NCBI GenBank assembly: GCA_028720145.1 | Contig: JAQYLJ010000067.1 | Span: forward strand, 91,890 to 155,889 | DNA length: 64,000 bases | Reading direction: 5' to 3' | From: Clostridia bacterium | GTDB taxonomy: Bacteria > Bacillota > Clostridia > Oscillospirales > CAG-272 | Shown: piece after piece, positions 7,687 through 17,386 of the stretch | Position numbering within the stretch: position 1 is the first letter of the stretch | Layout of the letters: each line of letters starts with the position of its first letter | Translations under genes and position numbers: made by a program | The notes under the pieces: model-generated | What the model was told of the DNA's origin: nothing | The model's input: the letters and a program-made list of their open reading frames with translations, nothing else | Databases searched by the model: none

Positions 7687-10600
7687 ATGAGCCACTTCAA
7701 AAAGAGTATCATCAGCGTTGTTTTGCTGATTGCACTTTGCGTTTCGCTGTTCCTTCTGGTATCGTGTGGCAAGGATGATGACGAGACACCCGTCACGCCG
7801 ACACCCGATGAACAAACGAAGACGGACTATGGAATTGATAATGTCTACTTCATGACCGACGGGGAGAATGAATACCTGTTCACCATTACGGGGAACGCGT
7901 TCCTGCTCTCGGGTCTGAACGGAGACCAATCCGGTACCTTCACCTATGCGGACGGTACCATGACGCTTCAGTTCAAGGAGGGCGATACCACTACCGCCTC
8001 TGCCAAGATCGAGGACGGCGTCCTGACGCTTACATACAACGGCGGCACATACAGAATGCTGCAGCGCAGCCAGTTCACCGTTTCGTACGATGTGGACGGC
8101 GGCAGCGCGGTGGCTTCTCAGCGTGTGCTGAACGGTGAGTATGCGGTCAAGCCGCAGGATCCCACCAAGGACGGCTATGCTTTCATCGGTTGGTACACCG
8201 ACAAGAGTTATGAGACGCCGTTCGTGTTCGACAGCGTCGGCATCACGGCGAACACCACGGTTTATGCACGCTTTGTGCAACTCAGCGGTAAGACCGAATA
8301 TAAGGCGACCCTCGTGGGCAGCACCGAGAGCTATGCTCCCATCACGACCACGAACGGTGTCCTGTATAATCTCCCCACGCCCGCGGCAAAAGACGGCGCG
8401 GCATTTGTGGGTTGGTGGATGAGCGATTATCAGAGCGCAGGGAAACTGACGGCTCGGTATGACGGTCAGACACTTACGCAGGATGTGACCCTTTACGCGC
8501 AGTATGAGAGCGCAGATGCACCCACGATCTCGGTCAATGCGGAGGGTGCCGTTTGGAGTTCTCTCGGCACGAACATCGCTTATGACGTCGTCGTCAAGTG
8601 CGGCGATACCGTGGTGAAGAGCACCAGCGTGAGCGCTACTCGCTATGCGTTTGACTTCGCCGCTGCCGATGCGGGCGACTACACTGTCACCGTGACCGGA
8701 AACGGCAAGACCGCTACCGCGTATTATCGCAACAAGGGGTTGGACCGCGTGTCTAACTTCCGTGTCGTTTCGTCCGGTGTCTTGGTCTTTGACCCGGTGC
8801 AGAACGCGCAGAACTATGTGATTACCGTGGTCTGCGGGAATGCCAATCACAAGCATACTGCCGTCAACAACGGCAATTCCACGAACTATGTTTTCGCCAA
8901 CTGCGATATGCCCGCGGACGGCATCACATTCGTCGTGACGGCAAAGGCCGCCGGCTATCTCGATTCGGTCAGCACCTACACCTACTTCCTGGGTCTTGAT
9001 GCTGTGACCGGCGTCACGGTGGACGATGAAAAGATTACCTGGAATCCGGTCGCGAATGCCGTAGGGTACCTCGTCAGCCTCTCCGAGGACGGCACGTCTT
9101 ACGAGGATTACTATGTCACGAGCGGCACTTCCTACGATATTACGAATGTCAATGCAGGTCTTCTGTATGTCAAGGTGAAGCCTGTTACCGATGGCTACTA
9201 CGCTGCACCCGCAGAGGCAGTGACGTATACCAAGACGGTGCTCGCCCGTCCCTTTGGCGTGACCCTCTCCGGGTCTACGGTGATCTGGAATGCAGTGCCC
9301 GGCGCTGTCGGCTACAAGGTCACCGTCAACGGCACGACCTATGACGTGACGGATCCGTCTCTCGCGCTGACCAAAGGCATTATCGTGGACGGCATCAATG
9401 CGTATGACGTCACCGTGCAGGCGGTTGCCGCAGATGCAAAGGCGAACTCTCCTCTCTCGGAGACGGTCACGGTGAACTACTCGACCATGACCGAGGTGAC
9501 TTACCGCGACGGCTATCTCCGGTGGTCGCCGGTTCTGAACGCGACGAAATATATCATCCGCATCGGCAACTCGGGCGCGGAAATCGAAGTCCCGGCAACC
9601 GCCGCCTATGCGCCCATTCTCTTCTCGGAGAGCGGTGAAATCACCGTGTCGGTTTGCAGCGTGAACGAGAACAACGAGCGTTCCGCGTGGGTGTCCACGA
9701 CCGTCGAGGTCTTTGAGATCCTCTTGGATGTCCGCGGCGGTATTGCCGTGACGAACCTCTACAAGGCGTTCGGCGACAGCATTAACCTGCCCGCGACCAC
9801 CCGTGACGGCTATGACTTCGCCGGCTGGTTCTTAACACCGAACAGCCTGACGAGCGGCAAAGAATATACGAGCGACAAGTTTGAGGGCGACAGCGACCTG
9901 GTGCTTTATGCAAACTGGTCCGCAAAGAAGTATACCGTCACCTTGAACCCGGGTGAAAACGGCACGGTGAGCACAGACACCGTCACCGTTACCTACGGGA
10001 AACTGAATACACTTCCCGTGGCTGAGTGCGAGGATAAGACCCGGCTCTTCTCCGGCTGGTTCTCCGAGCCGAACGGCGCCGGTATCCGCTATTTCGATGA
10101 TAAGGGCGAAGCGCTGTTCAAATGGAACAACACTGCGGATAACGTCACGCTGTACGCATACTATGCCGAGACGCTTCAGTACACGCTGATCGATAACGGC
10201 AACGCGTATGCGGTCTCCAAAGGACCCTACGGCATCGGTAACCTCACCGAGATCACCATTCCCGCGACCTACAACGGCAAACCCGTTACCACGATTGAAG
10301 GCTCCGCGTTCCTGTCCTGCAACACGCTGGTGACCATCAATATCCCGAACACCATCGAGAGCATCAATACCGGCACCGACGGTGCAAACGGCACGGGCTC
10401 CTGCTTCCAGGGTTGCTATAAACTCACTGCCGTCAACATCTATGAAGTGGACGGCGCCATTGATCCGAAGTACTTCTCCCAAGATGGCGTTCTGTACTGC
10501 ACGGAGTTTGGCGAAACACAGGTGAGATACTGCCCCTACGCCAAGACGGGTGTTGTGACGGTCGCCGAGGGAACCACCTCTATCCCCGCCGGTGCTTTCA

Positions 10601-13600
10601 AGAGCATTAAGGTGTCCGAGGTCCGGATTCCTTACACCGTCACGTTTATCGGCGGCAACGCATTCTACGGCAGCTCGCTGAAGAACATTGTGTTCCTTCC
10701 CACGCCGGCGGATGTCACGCCTGCTCCGCTCGTGATGGAAGAAAAAGCAATCTACTACTGCAGTCAACTGACGCAGATTACGCTCCCCTCCCGTATCACC
10801 GAGTTTTCCGCGCTGACGATCGCAAGTTGTAACGCACTGACCTCGATCGACATTAACGGCGAGGGCGGGAACTATTCCGCGCAGGGTGAAGACGGCAGAA
10901 AAGTCCTTTGCACGGCGGACGGCACGACGCTCGTCTTCTGCCCGCAGGGTATGGCGGATACCTTTACCATTCCTTCCGGTATCGAAACCATCGGGGAAGA
11001 AGCGTTCTCCGGCTGCAAATCGCTCAAAAAAGTCATCATCCCCGGCTATGTGAAGACCATCAGCAAGAACGCATTCAAGGGGAACAGCGGCATTTCGGAA
11101 ATCGAGATGGAGGAAGAAGGACAGCCTCTTACCATTTGTGAGGCGGCGTTCTACTCCTGCTCCGGACTTACCAAAGTCACGCTGCCGAAGCGTCTCGTGA
11201 AGATGGAAGTGAATGCCTTCGGCGGGACCACTGCTCTGACCGAGGTCGTGGTGAACACCGCAGGGATCATCGCAGAAGGCGAAACGACTCCGACAGTCGA
11301 CTTCGCGGTCGGCGCATTTGTTACAACCGACGGCAAATACTCCTATGTGATCGATGTCACTCTCGGTGACGAGGTACCGTTCTTTGACATTTCCGGCGTC
11401 TTCGGGAAGAAGATCCAGAATGTGAATGTTTCGTCCACCAACCCGAACTATTCGTCGGTCGACGGCGTCCTGTTCGACAAGGCGGTCACCAAGGTGGTGT
11501 TCTATCCGATCGAGCGTACGGGCGACTACACACTGCCTGAAACCGTGACCGAAATCGGCGCAAGCGTCTTCCAGGGAAGAACCGCTCTGACCGGTATCAC
11601 GATCGGCAAGAATGTGAAGACCATCGGCACCAGCGCCTTTGAATCCTGCTCGAAGCTCGCGTACGTCACCTTTGCGGACAATGGCACGGAAGACCTCACC
11701 ATCGGTGACAATGCGTTCAAGAGCTGCTCCGTGCTGACTACAATCAATCTGCCTACTCGGCTGAAGACCATCGGAGCCTACGCGTTCCAGTCTTGCTCCA
11801 AGTTGGCTTCCTTGACCCTCCCCGAGGGTCTTACCAAGATCGGTGAGAGCGCCTTCAACGGCTGCCGCGCACTGACCGAGGTCGCTCTGCCGTCTACTCT
11901 CGAGGAGATTCAACTCGCGACGAAGGATACAAACTCCTTTACGAAGGATAAGGGATCCTGCAATGTGTTCCGCGGTTGCGCATCTCTCGAAACACTGACG
12001 ATCCCCGCCTCCAACAAGTACTACGCAACGATTGACAACGTCCTCTATCTGAAGACCGCAAAGACCACCGGAGAAGGGGAAGAAGCAATCACCGAATATA
12101 TCGTAACGACTTTGTTGTACTGCCCGCAGAAGAAGGGCGGAACCACCGAGGTGGTCGTCCCCGGTACAGTCACTAAGGTCGCCGCGTGGGCGTTCTTCGC
12201 CAACCAGAATGTGACCTCTGTCAAGTTCAGCGATATTGCCGACGGCGCGGAGTTCATCATTGAATCCAACGCGTTCTACGGCACGGATAGCCTGACCGGT
12301 GTGACACTCCCGAAGGGGTTGAAGGTCATTACGAAAGAGCTGTTCCTGCTCTGCGACCTGCTGGAAGAGATCACCATCCCCAGCACCGTCACCAGCATTG
12401 AAAACCGCGCATTCGCGTCCTGTAAGAACCTGTCTGTTCTGAACTTTGCCGCACCCGCAGAAGGCGAGGACGTTCTGCCGCTCGTCATTGAGGATGCGAC
12501 CAGTTATACGAACTCCCCGTTCTACGGGTGCTACAGCCTGAAGAATGTTGTATTCCCCGAACGTCTGACCGTTCTCGGTAACTATGCATTCTCCGGCAAC
12601 CCGAGCGAATCGCACGGCGGCGCACCTGACCCCGAAGTCAATCACGCCATCGTGAGCGTCACTTTGCCGTCCACGCTGCAGCGTATCGGCACCAAAGCCT
12701 TCTATTACGCAAGGAACCTGACGTCCGTGACCTTCGCGGCGGGAACCACGCTTGCTGATAGCGGCACAGTCCTCGCCATCGGTGACTACGCCTTCTATTA
12801 CTGCTCGTCTCTCACGTCGATCGAGTTGCCCGCAGGTACGGCGGAAGCACCGTACTCCATCGGTCAATATGCTTTCAGCAGAACGGGTCTGACCTCCGTC
12901 ACGATCCCCACAGGGATTGGTTCGCTTGGTAAATATGCGTTCTTCTACAATGACAAGTTGACATCCGTTACCTTTGCCGCGGGAGCTGCTCCCACACTGG
13001 AGGCAAATGCCTTTGCTTCCTGTCTCACGCTTGAGAGCATCACACTCCCCGAGGGGATCACCACGATCAGCGATTCTCTGCTTTATAATTGTAAAAAGCT
13101 TACCTCGATTACGATTCCCTCGACCGTGACGTCCATCGGGACCAAAGCGTTTATGTCTTGTGAATCGCTCGAGAGCGTCACTTTCGCCACCTATGCGGTG
13201 GAGGAGAAAGTCTACTCCAAGGTCGCCTCTATCGGTGACAGTGCTTTTGCATCGACGGCTCTCACCTCCTTCGTGTTCCCGACACTGGAGAGCGGCTCGC
13301 TCACCTTGGGCAAGACCATCTTTACAGGCTGTAAAGAACTCGCGTCGGTGACCATCTCGAAGTCTGTCGGCGACATCGACGGCGTGCTCGCCGGATGCTC
13401 CTCGATCAAGAACTTCACGGTGGATGCCGAAAACGAGAACTTCGCGTCGGTCGAAGGCGACCCGATTCTGTACAACAAAGACAAGACTGCCTACCGTTAC
13501 ATTGCCGGTCTGTTGGTCGGAGAATTCCGCGTGAACGACAACGTTAAGGAAATCAGCGCCAATGTCTTTGAGAACCAGATTGCCCTCACGAAGTTGATCA

Positions 13601-16600
13601 TTCCCGCGAGTGTCACGAAGATCGGTGACAGTGCCTTCCAGGGCTGCGCGCTCTTGGAGACTGTCGTATTTGAGCACACCGCAGAAAAACCCAGTCAGCT
13701 CGCGAGCATCGGCACGAATCTCTTTAAGAACTGCTATGAACTGCGCGATGTGACGTTGCCCGGCAACTTGACCGCTATTCCCGAGGCAATGTTCTACTAC
13801 TGCTACAAACTCGGGACCATTACACTTCCCGAAGGACTGAAGACCATCGGTAAGAATGCATTCTATGAAGCAGGTCTTACCACCGTGACCATTCCTTCCA
13901 GCGTGACGACGATTGACCAGTATGCCTTCAAAGGGGCTTTGACCGGCGGCGGCAAACTGACGAGCGTGACCTTCGCCACAACGTCGGAGGGCAAGACCGC
14001 ACTGACGACGATTGGCAACTACGCGTTCCAGTACCAGGCGCTTGAGTCTTTCACGCTCCCTGCCTCGGTGACTTCGTTCGGGACAAATGTGTTCTACGGC
14101 TGTAAGAATCTCACGACGGTTTCGCTTGAGAACGGCAACTTCACGACTCTGCCCGTGAGCACCTTCAACGGCTGCGAGAGCCTGACTTCCGTCACACTTC
14201 CCACAAGTCTGACGAAGATCGACAACACCGCCTTCAACGGTTGTACCGCACTGACCACGATTACGATCCCCGACGGCGTAACCACCATCGGCACTTCCTC
14301 TTTCGCGGGATGCTCGTCGCTTGAGAGCATTGCAATCCCCGACAGTGTCACCTCGCTCGGCACAAAAGCATTCAAGGATTGCGCTGCGTTGAGCACGATC
14401 ACCTTCGGCGAGGGGTCGAAACTGGATACGATCCTTGCATACTGCTTCCAGAATGCGGGTCTGACTGCCATCTCCATCCCGAGCGGCGTGACCGTTCTCG
14501 GCACCACTAAGACTGCAGGTACCGCTTCCTCTTCCGCATATCAGTTCGACGGTTGCGCGAACCTGCGCACGGTGGAATTTAAGGGGAAACTCAAACTCCT
14601 CGGCGGTTATGTCTTCCGGAACTGCACCTCGCTCGAGTCCGTCACCTTCCCGTCGACGGTTACCCAGATCGGTAACTACTGCTTCGATGGGTGCACAAGC
14701 CTTGCAACTGCCACCTTCACCTCGGGCACTGCCGGAATGACGATCGGTACCTATGCGTTCCGTAACAGCGGTCTGACCGCCATCACCATTCCCGGTAGAG
14801 TGACGAGTGTCGGCAACTATGCGTTCGACGGTTGCGCTCAACTTGAGACTCTGACGTTCGAGGCAAGCACGAAAGCACTGACCATCGGCACCTATGCGTT
14901 CCGTAACAGCGGCGTGACCGCTGTCACCATTCCCGGCAGAGTGACGAGTGTCGGCAACTATGCGTTCAACGGTTGCGCTCAACTCGAGACTCTGACGTTC
15001 GAGGCGAGCACGAAAGCGCAGACACTCGGTACCTATGTCTTCCAGAATTGCACACAGTTGACCTCCGTTGCATTGCCCGATACGGTGACCAAGATTCCCG
15101 ATTACGCATTCAACGGGTGCGAAGCCCTCGCGACCGTGACGAGTGCCAAAGCACAGAGCATCGGCAACAGTGCGTTCAGAGATTGTGCCGCACTGACCGA
15201 GATCACGCTCCCCGATACGCTGACGAGTATTTCCGTCAATGCGTTTATGGGTGCCGGCTTGACCTCCATCACCATCCCGGTGAACTGCAAGAGCATCGGG
15301 AACAACGCATTCGGCTATTGCAACAACCTGACCCAATACGCCGTCGCGGACGGGAACACCACCTTCGGTGTCTTCCGGGTCACCGAGAATGAAACGCTCC
15401 TGATGAAACTGGGCGCGACAGAAACCGATCTGCCTACCATCATTGCCGCACCCGGCAAGGTGACGGGCACGGTGACTCTGCCTGCGGCAGCCATTCTCGG
15501 CGGCTTCGCCTTGAACGGTATCCAAGGGCTGACCAGTCTCGAACTGCCCGAGGGCATGACCGAGATTCCCGATTCTGCGTTCATCGGCGCGAGCATCGAG
15601 TCGATCGTCCTGCCGTCGACGCTGACAAAGATCGGCGCGAGCGCATTCAGCGGCTCTGCTCTGAAGTCCATCACCATTCCGAAGGGGGTCACGGAAATCG
15701 GCGGAAGCGCCTTCAAGGATTGCGATTCGCTCGAAACCGTCATCTTTGAGGAAGATTCCGAACTGACTACGCTTGGGACCTATGTCTTCGCGGGCAGCGG
15801 TCTGACTCAGATTACGCTCCCTGCCGGTGTGACCAACCTCTATAAGGAAATGACAGCATCTTACACATTCCAGGATTGTGATAAACTGACGTCTGTTACT
15901 TTCCTCGGTGAGATCACCGAATTGAACGGCTCTGCATTCCGGAACTGCACCGCGCTGAAGTCCTTTACGATTCCCGAAACGGTGACCGTGATGGGTACTT
16001 ATGTATTCAGCGGATCGGGTCTGGAAAGCATCACGATCCCCGCGGGTCTCGCGTCCTTGTACACCTCTTCTTCCTCCACGACCGCTGCCTCCTACACATT
16101 CCTCGATTGTCTGTCTCTGAAGACGGTCACGATCGCTGAGGGTGTCGGGTTTATCAACGGGCAGGCGTTCAAGGGGTGCACCGCGCTGACGGCTATGGCG
16201 ATCCCCGCGTCGGTGACCGGTATCGGTGCCAACGCATTCGAGGGATGCACCGCGCTGGAGAGCGTGACCTTCGGTGAAGAATCGCTCCTTGCCTCCATCG
16301 GTGACAAGGCGTTCACCACCTCGGGTCTGACCACCATCGCGATCCCCGCATCCGTGACGACCATCGGTGCGAGCGTCTTTGAAGGATGCCTGTCTTTGAC
16401 AAGCGTCACCTTCGATGAGAACGCGATGCTGACCTCCATCGGCAGCAAAGCATTCAAGGACTCGACTCTGACTACCATCGTTCTGCCTTCCAACGCAGAA
16501 GTCGAATCCTTGACGTTGGGCACAAATATGTTCGAGAACTGCGCGAACCTGACGAGTGTGACGCTCGGCACGGTTGTCGAGAAGATTCCCGCTTCGTTGT

Positions 16601-17088
16601 TCCTCTACTGCACGAGTCTGGCATCTCTTGAGATTCCCGCCAACATTACCTCTATCGGCGCAACCGCGTTCAAGGGGTCCGGGCTGGTTTCCATCACGAT
16701 TCCCGCCACGGTGACGTCTTGCAACAGTTCCGTGTTCACGGAGTGCTTGTCGCTCGAGACGGTTGTGTATGAGGACGGCTGCACGAGAGTGGAGGGTTCG
16801 ACTTTCGTGGGTTGCACCGCCCTGAAATCGGTCACTCTGCCCGATACCATCGAATATATCGGCATCAATGCGTTCAAGGATTGTACCTCGCTCACCGTTC
16901 TGGAGATTCCCGCTTCTGTCGTGAGCCTCTACGGCAATGTGTTCTACGGTTGGACCGCATCGCAGACCATCCGTGTGAAGGCACCGAAGCTCATCACGGC
17001 TACTTGGACTCACGGTTTGAATAACGGTTGGGATGCAGGATGTCTCGCAAACATCATCTGGGATTACACCGCACCCTCCGCAGAGTAA
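7687..17088 (+). CDS. Giant surface lipoprotein (3133 aa): lipocalin-like N-module, Listeria-Bacteroides repeats, five FN3-like modules, very long BspA-type LRR array
   Basis: GAGGAGG (7673-7679) precedes ATG 7687. Signal peptide plus lipobox (LFLLVSC). GWYTD/LYA.W-type Listeria-Bacteroides repeats, modules with the W.PV.NA.GY motif, and IP.SVT.IG..AF..C..L units throughout. Confidence 0.9.
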   Translation: MSHFKKSIISVVLLIALCVSLFLLVSCGKDDDETPVTPTPDEQTKTDYGIDNVYFMTDGENEYLFTITGNAFLLSGLNGDQSGTFTYADGTMTLQFKEGDTTTASAKIEDGVLTLTYNGGTYRMLQRSQFTVSYDVDGGSAVASQRVLNGEYAVKPQDPTKDGYAFIGWYTDKSYETPFVFDSVGITANTTVYARFVQLSGKTEYKATLVGSTESYAPITTTNGVLYNLPTPAAKDGAAFVGWWMSDYQSAGKLTARYDGQTLTQDVTLYAQYESADAPTISVNAEGAVWSSLGTNIAYDVVVKCGDTVVKSTSVSATRYAFDFAAADAGDYTVTVTGNGKTATAYYRNKGLDRVSNFRVVSSGVLVFDPVQNAQNYVITVVCGNANHKHTAVNNGNSTNYVFANCDMPADGITFVVTAKAAGYLDSVSTYTYFLGLDAVTGVTVDDEKITWNPVANAVGYLVSLSEDGTSYEDYYVTSGTSYDITNVNAGLLYVKVKPVTDGYYAAPAEAVTYTKTVLARPFGVTLSGSTVIWNAVPGAVGYKVTVNGTTYDVTDPSLALTKGIIVDGINAYDVTVQAVAADAKANSPLSETVTVNYSTMTEVTYRDGYLRWSPVLNATKYIIRIGNSGAEIEVPATAAYAPILFSESGEITVSVCSVNENNERSAWVSTTVEVFEILLDVRGGIAVTNLYKAFGDSINLPATTRDGYDFAGWFLTPNSLTSGKEYTSDKFEGDSDLVLYANWSAKKYTVTLNPGENGTVSTDTVTVTYGKLNTLPVAECEDKTRLFSGWFSEPNGAGIRYFDDKGEALFKWNNTADNVTLYAYYAETLQYTLIDNGNAYAVSKGPYGIGNLTEITIPATYNGKPVTTIEGSAFLSCNTLVTINIPNTIESINTGTDGANGTGSCFQGCYKLTAVNIYEVDGAIDPKYFSQDGVLYCTEFGETQVRYCPYAKTGVVTVAEGTTSIPAGAFKSIKVSEVRIPYTVTFIGGNAFYGSSLKNIVFLPTPADVTPAPLVMEEKAIYYCSQLTQITLPSRITEFSALTIASCNALTSIDINGEGGNYSAQGEDGRKVLCTADGTTLVFCPQGMADTFTIPSGIETIGEEAFSGCKSLKKVIIPGYVKTISKNAFKGNSGISEIEMEEEGQPLTICEAAFYSCSGLTKVTLPKRLVKMEVNAFGGTTALTEVVVNTAGIIAEGETTPTVDFAVGAFVTTDGKYSYVIDVTLGDEVPFFDISGVFGKKIQNVNVSSTNPNYSSVDGVLFDKAVTKVVFYPIERTGDYTLPETVTEIGASVFQGRTALTGITIGKNVKTIGTSAFESCSKLAYVTFADNGTEDLTIGDNAFKSCSVLTTINLPTRLKTIGAYAFQSCSKLASLTLPEGLTKIGESAFNGCRALTEVALPSTLEEIQLATKDTNSFTKDKGSCNVFRGCASLETLTIPASNKYYATIDNVLYLKTAKTTGEGEEAITEYIVTTLLYCPQKKGGTTEVVVPGTVTKVAAWAFFANQNVTSVKFSDIADGAEFIIESNAFYGTDSLTGVTLPKGLKVITKELFLLCDLLEEITIPSTVTSIENRAFASCKNLSVLNFAAPAEGEDVLPLVIEDATSYTNSPFYGCYSLKNVVFPERLTVLGNYAFSGNPSESHGGAPDPEVNHAIVSVTLPSTLQRIGTKAFYYARNLTSVTFAAGTTLADSGTVLAIGDYAFYYCSSLTSIELPAGTAEAPYSIGQYAFSRTGLTSVTIPTGIGSLGKYAFFYNDKLTSVTFAAGAAPTLEANAFASCLTLESITLPEGITTISDSLLYNCKKLTSITIPSTVTSIGTKAFMSCESLESVTFATYAVEEKVYSKVASIGDSAFASTALTSFVFPTLESGSLTLGKTIFTGCKELASVTISKSVGDIDGVLAGCSSIKNFTVDAENENFASVEGDPILYNKDKTAYRYIAGLLVGEFRVNDNVKEISANVFENQIALTKLIIPASVTKIGDSAFQGCALLETVVFEHTAEKPSQLASIGTNLFKNCYELRDVTLPGNLTAIPEAMFYYCYKLGTITLPEGLKTIGKNAFYEAGLTTVTIPSSVTTIDQYAFKGALTGGGKLTSVTFATTSEGKTALTTIGNYAFQYQALESFTLPASVTSFGTNVFYGCKNLTTVSLENGNFTTLPVSTFNGCESLTSVTLPTSLTKIDNTAFNGCTALTTITIPDGVTTIGTSSFAGCSSLESIAIPDSVTSLGTKAFKDCAALSTITFGEGSKLDTILAYCFQNAGLTAISIPSGVTVLGTTKTAGTASSSAYQFDGCANLRTVEFKGKLKLLGGYVFRNCTSLESVTFPSTVTQIGNYCFDGCTSLATATFTSGTAGMTIGTYAFRNSGLTAITIPGRVTSVGNYAFDGCAQLETLTFEASTKALTIGTYAFRNSGVTAVTIPGRVTSVGNYAFNGCAQLETLTFEASTKAQTLGTYVFQNCTQLTSVALPDTVTKIPDYAFNGCEALATVTSAKAQSIGNSAFRDCAALTEITLPDTLTSISVNAFMGAGLTSITIPVNCKSIGNNAFGYCNNLTQYAVADGNTTFGVFRVTENETLLMKLGATETDLPTIIAAPGKVTGTVTLPAAAILGGFALNGIQGLTSLELPEGMTEIPDSAFIGASIESIVLPSTLTKIGASAFSGSALKSITIPKGVTEIGGSAFKDCDSLETVIFEEDSELTTLGTYVFAGSGLTQITLPAGVTNLYKEMTASYTFQDCDKLTSVTFLGEITELNGSAFRNCTALKSFTIPETVTVMGTYVFSGSGLESITIPAGLASLYTSSSSTTAASYTFLDCLSLKTVTIAEGVGFINGQAFKGCTALTAMAIPASVTGIGANAFEGCTALESVTFGEESLLASIGDKAFTTSGLTTIAIPASVTTIGASVFEGCLSLTSVTFDENAMLTSIGSKAFKDSTLTTIVLPSNAEVESLTLGTNMFENCANLTSVTLGTVVEKIPASLFLYCTSLASLEIPANITSIGATAFKGSGLVSITIPATVTSCNSSVFTECLSLETVVYEDGCTRVEGSTFVGCTALKSVTLPDTIEYIGINAFKDCTSLTVLEIPASVVSLYGNVFYGWTASQTIRVKAPKLITATWTHGLNNGWDAGCLANIIWDYTAPSAE
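8071..8511 (+). repeat. Two Listeria-Bacteroides (Flg_new-type) repeat domains, protein-level
   Basis: FTVSYDVDGGS...DGYAFIGWYTD...TTVYARF and ...DGAAFVGWWMSD...VTLYAQY. Confidence 0.75.
8512..9708 (+). repeat. Five FN3-like modules, protein-level
   Basis: Recurring pattern ending in W/F..V.NA..Y.V.V (VWSSLGTNIAYDVVV, FDPVQNAQNYVITV, WNPVANAVGYLVSL, WNAVPGAVGYKVTV, WSPVLNATKYIIRI), counted by eye. Confidence 0.6.
9709..10170 (+). repeat. Two further Listeria-Bacteroides repeat domains
   Basis: ILLDVRGG...DGYDFAGWFLTP...LVLYANW and YTVTLNPGENG...RLFSGWFSEPNG...VTLYAYY. Confidence 0.75.
10171..16990 (+). repeat. BspA-type leucine-rich repeat (LRR_5-like) array, about 2270 aa
   Basis: Continuous units of about 23-25 aa of the form (I/L)P.(S/G)VT.IG..AF..C..L..V.(F/L). 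Length divided by period suggests about 90 units; this was not counted individually. Confidence 0.85.
14740..15021 (+). repeat. Near-identical 141-bp tandem duplication (two LRR units per copy)
   Basis: 14740-14880 and 14881-15021 align without gaps, with about a dozen mismatches by eye (TIGTYAFRNSG(L/V)TA(I/V)TIPGRVTSVGNYAF(D/N)GCAQLETLTFEASTKA). Confidence 0.85.
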
Positions 17089-17137
17089 TCATTCCTCTTT
17101 CGTCATACGCATAAGGAAACCGTAAATACGGTTTTCG

Positions 17138-17170
17138 CCCCCGTCGGTTTCCCGACGGGGGTATTTTTTT
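17138..17170 (+). terminator. Strong rho-independent terminator after the giant gene
   Basis: CCCCCGTCGG (17138-17147), loop TTTC, CCGACGGGGG (17152-17161), then TATTTTTTT. Confidence 0.8.
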
Positions 17171-17264
17171 CGGTTCGGCGCGCAGTCCCCCCCGAGGATT
17201 TCGGAAAAATAAGAATTATCAGGGGAAAAAGATAAAAACAACCGTTCATTGTGCCATGAAAGCC

Positions 17265-17293
17265 TTTACAATTTTATTAAAAAGTGCTATATT
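17265..17293 (+). promoter_or_regulatory. SigA-type promoter candidate for the MoxR/vWA-LRR operon
   Basis: TTTACA (17265-17270), 17-nt spacer, TATATT (17288-17293) in an AT-rich island downstream of the terminator. Confidence 0.45.
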
Positions 17294-17386
17294 ATATTAT
17301 AATTATCTAAAATAGGGCGATTGGTCGGCATTTTCCGAAAAAACGGGGGAGATGCCTCACCAAAGACTGAAACAAGGGGGCCTCTT

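Noticed and set aside
10171-16990. Regular periodicity of about 70-75 nt, which could suggest a CRISPR array or satellite DNA
   Set aside because: The periodicity is at the protein level (LRR units). The nucleotide sequence of the units is degenerate and there is no repeat-spacer structure. The whole span is one open reading frame.
9832-17013. 2393-aa ORF antisense to the giant LRR gene
   Set aside because: It is an Arg/Gly/Asp-rich low-complexity translation with no RBS or recognisable motif. It is the mirror image of a GC3-biased sense frame that lacks antisense stops. The plus-strand frame has clear lipobox, Flg_new, FN3 and LRR motifs.
17187-17193. C7 homopolymer between the giant-gene terminator and the MoxR-operon promoter as a phase-variation switch
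   Set aside because: It lies upstream of the -35 element and outside any ORF or spacer, so a length change would not obviously alter expression. It is too short to argue for slippage from sequence alone.
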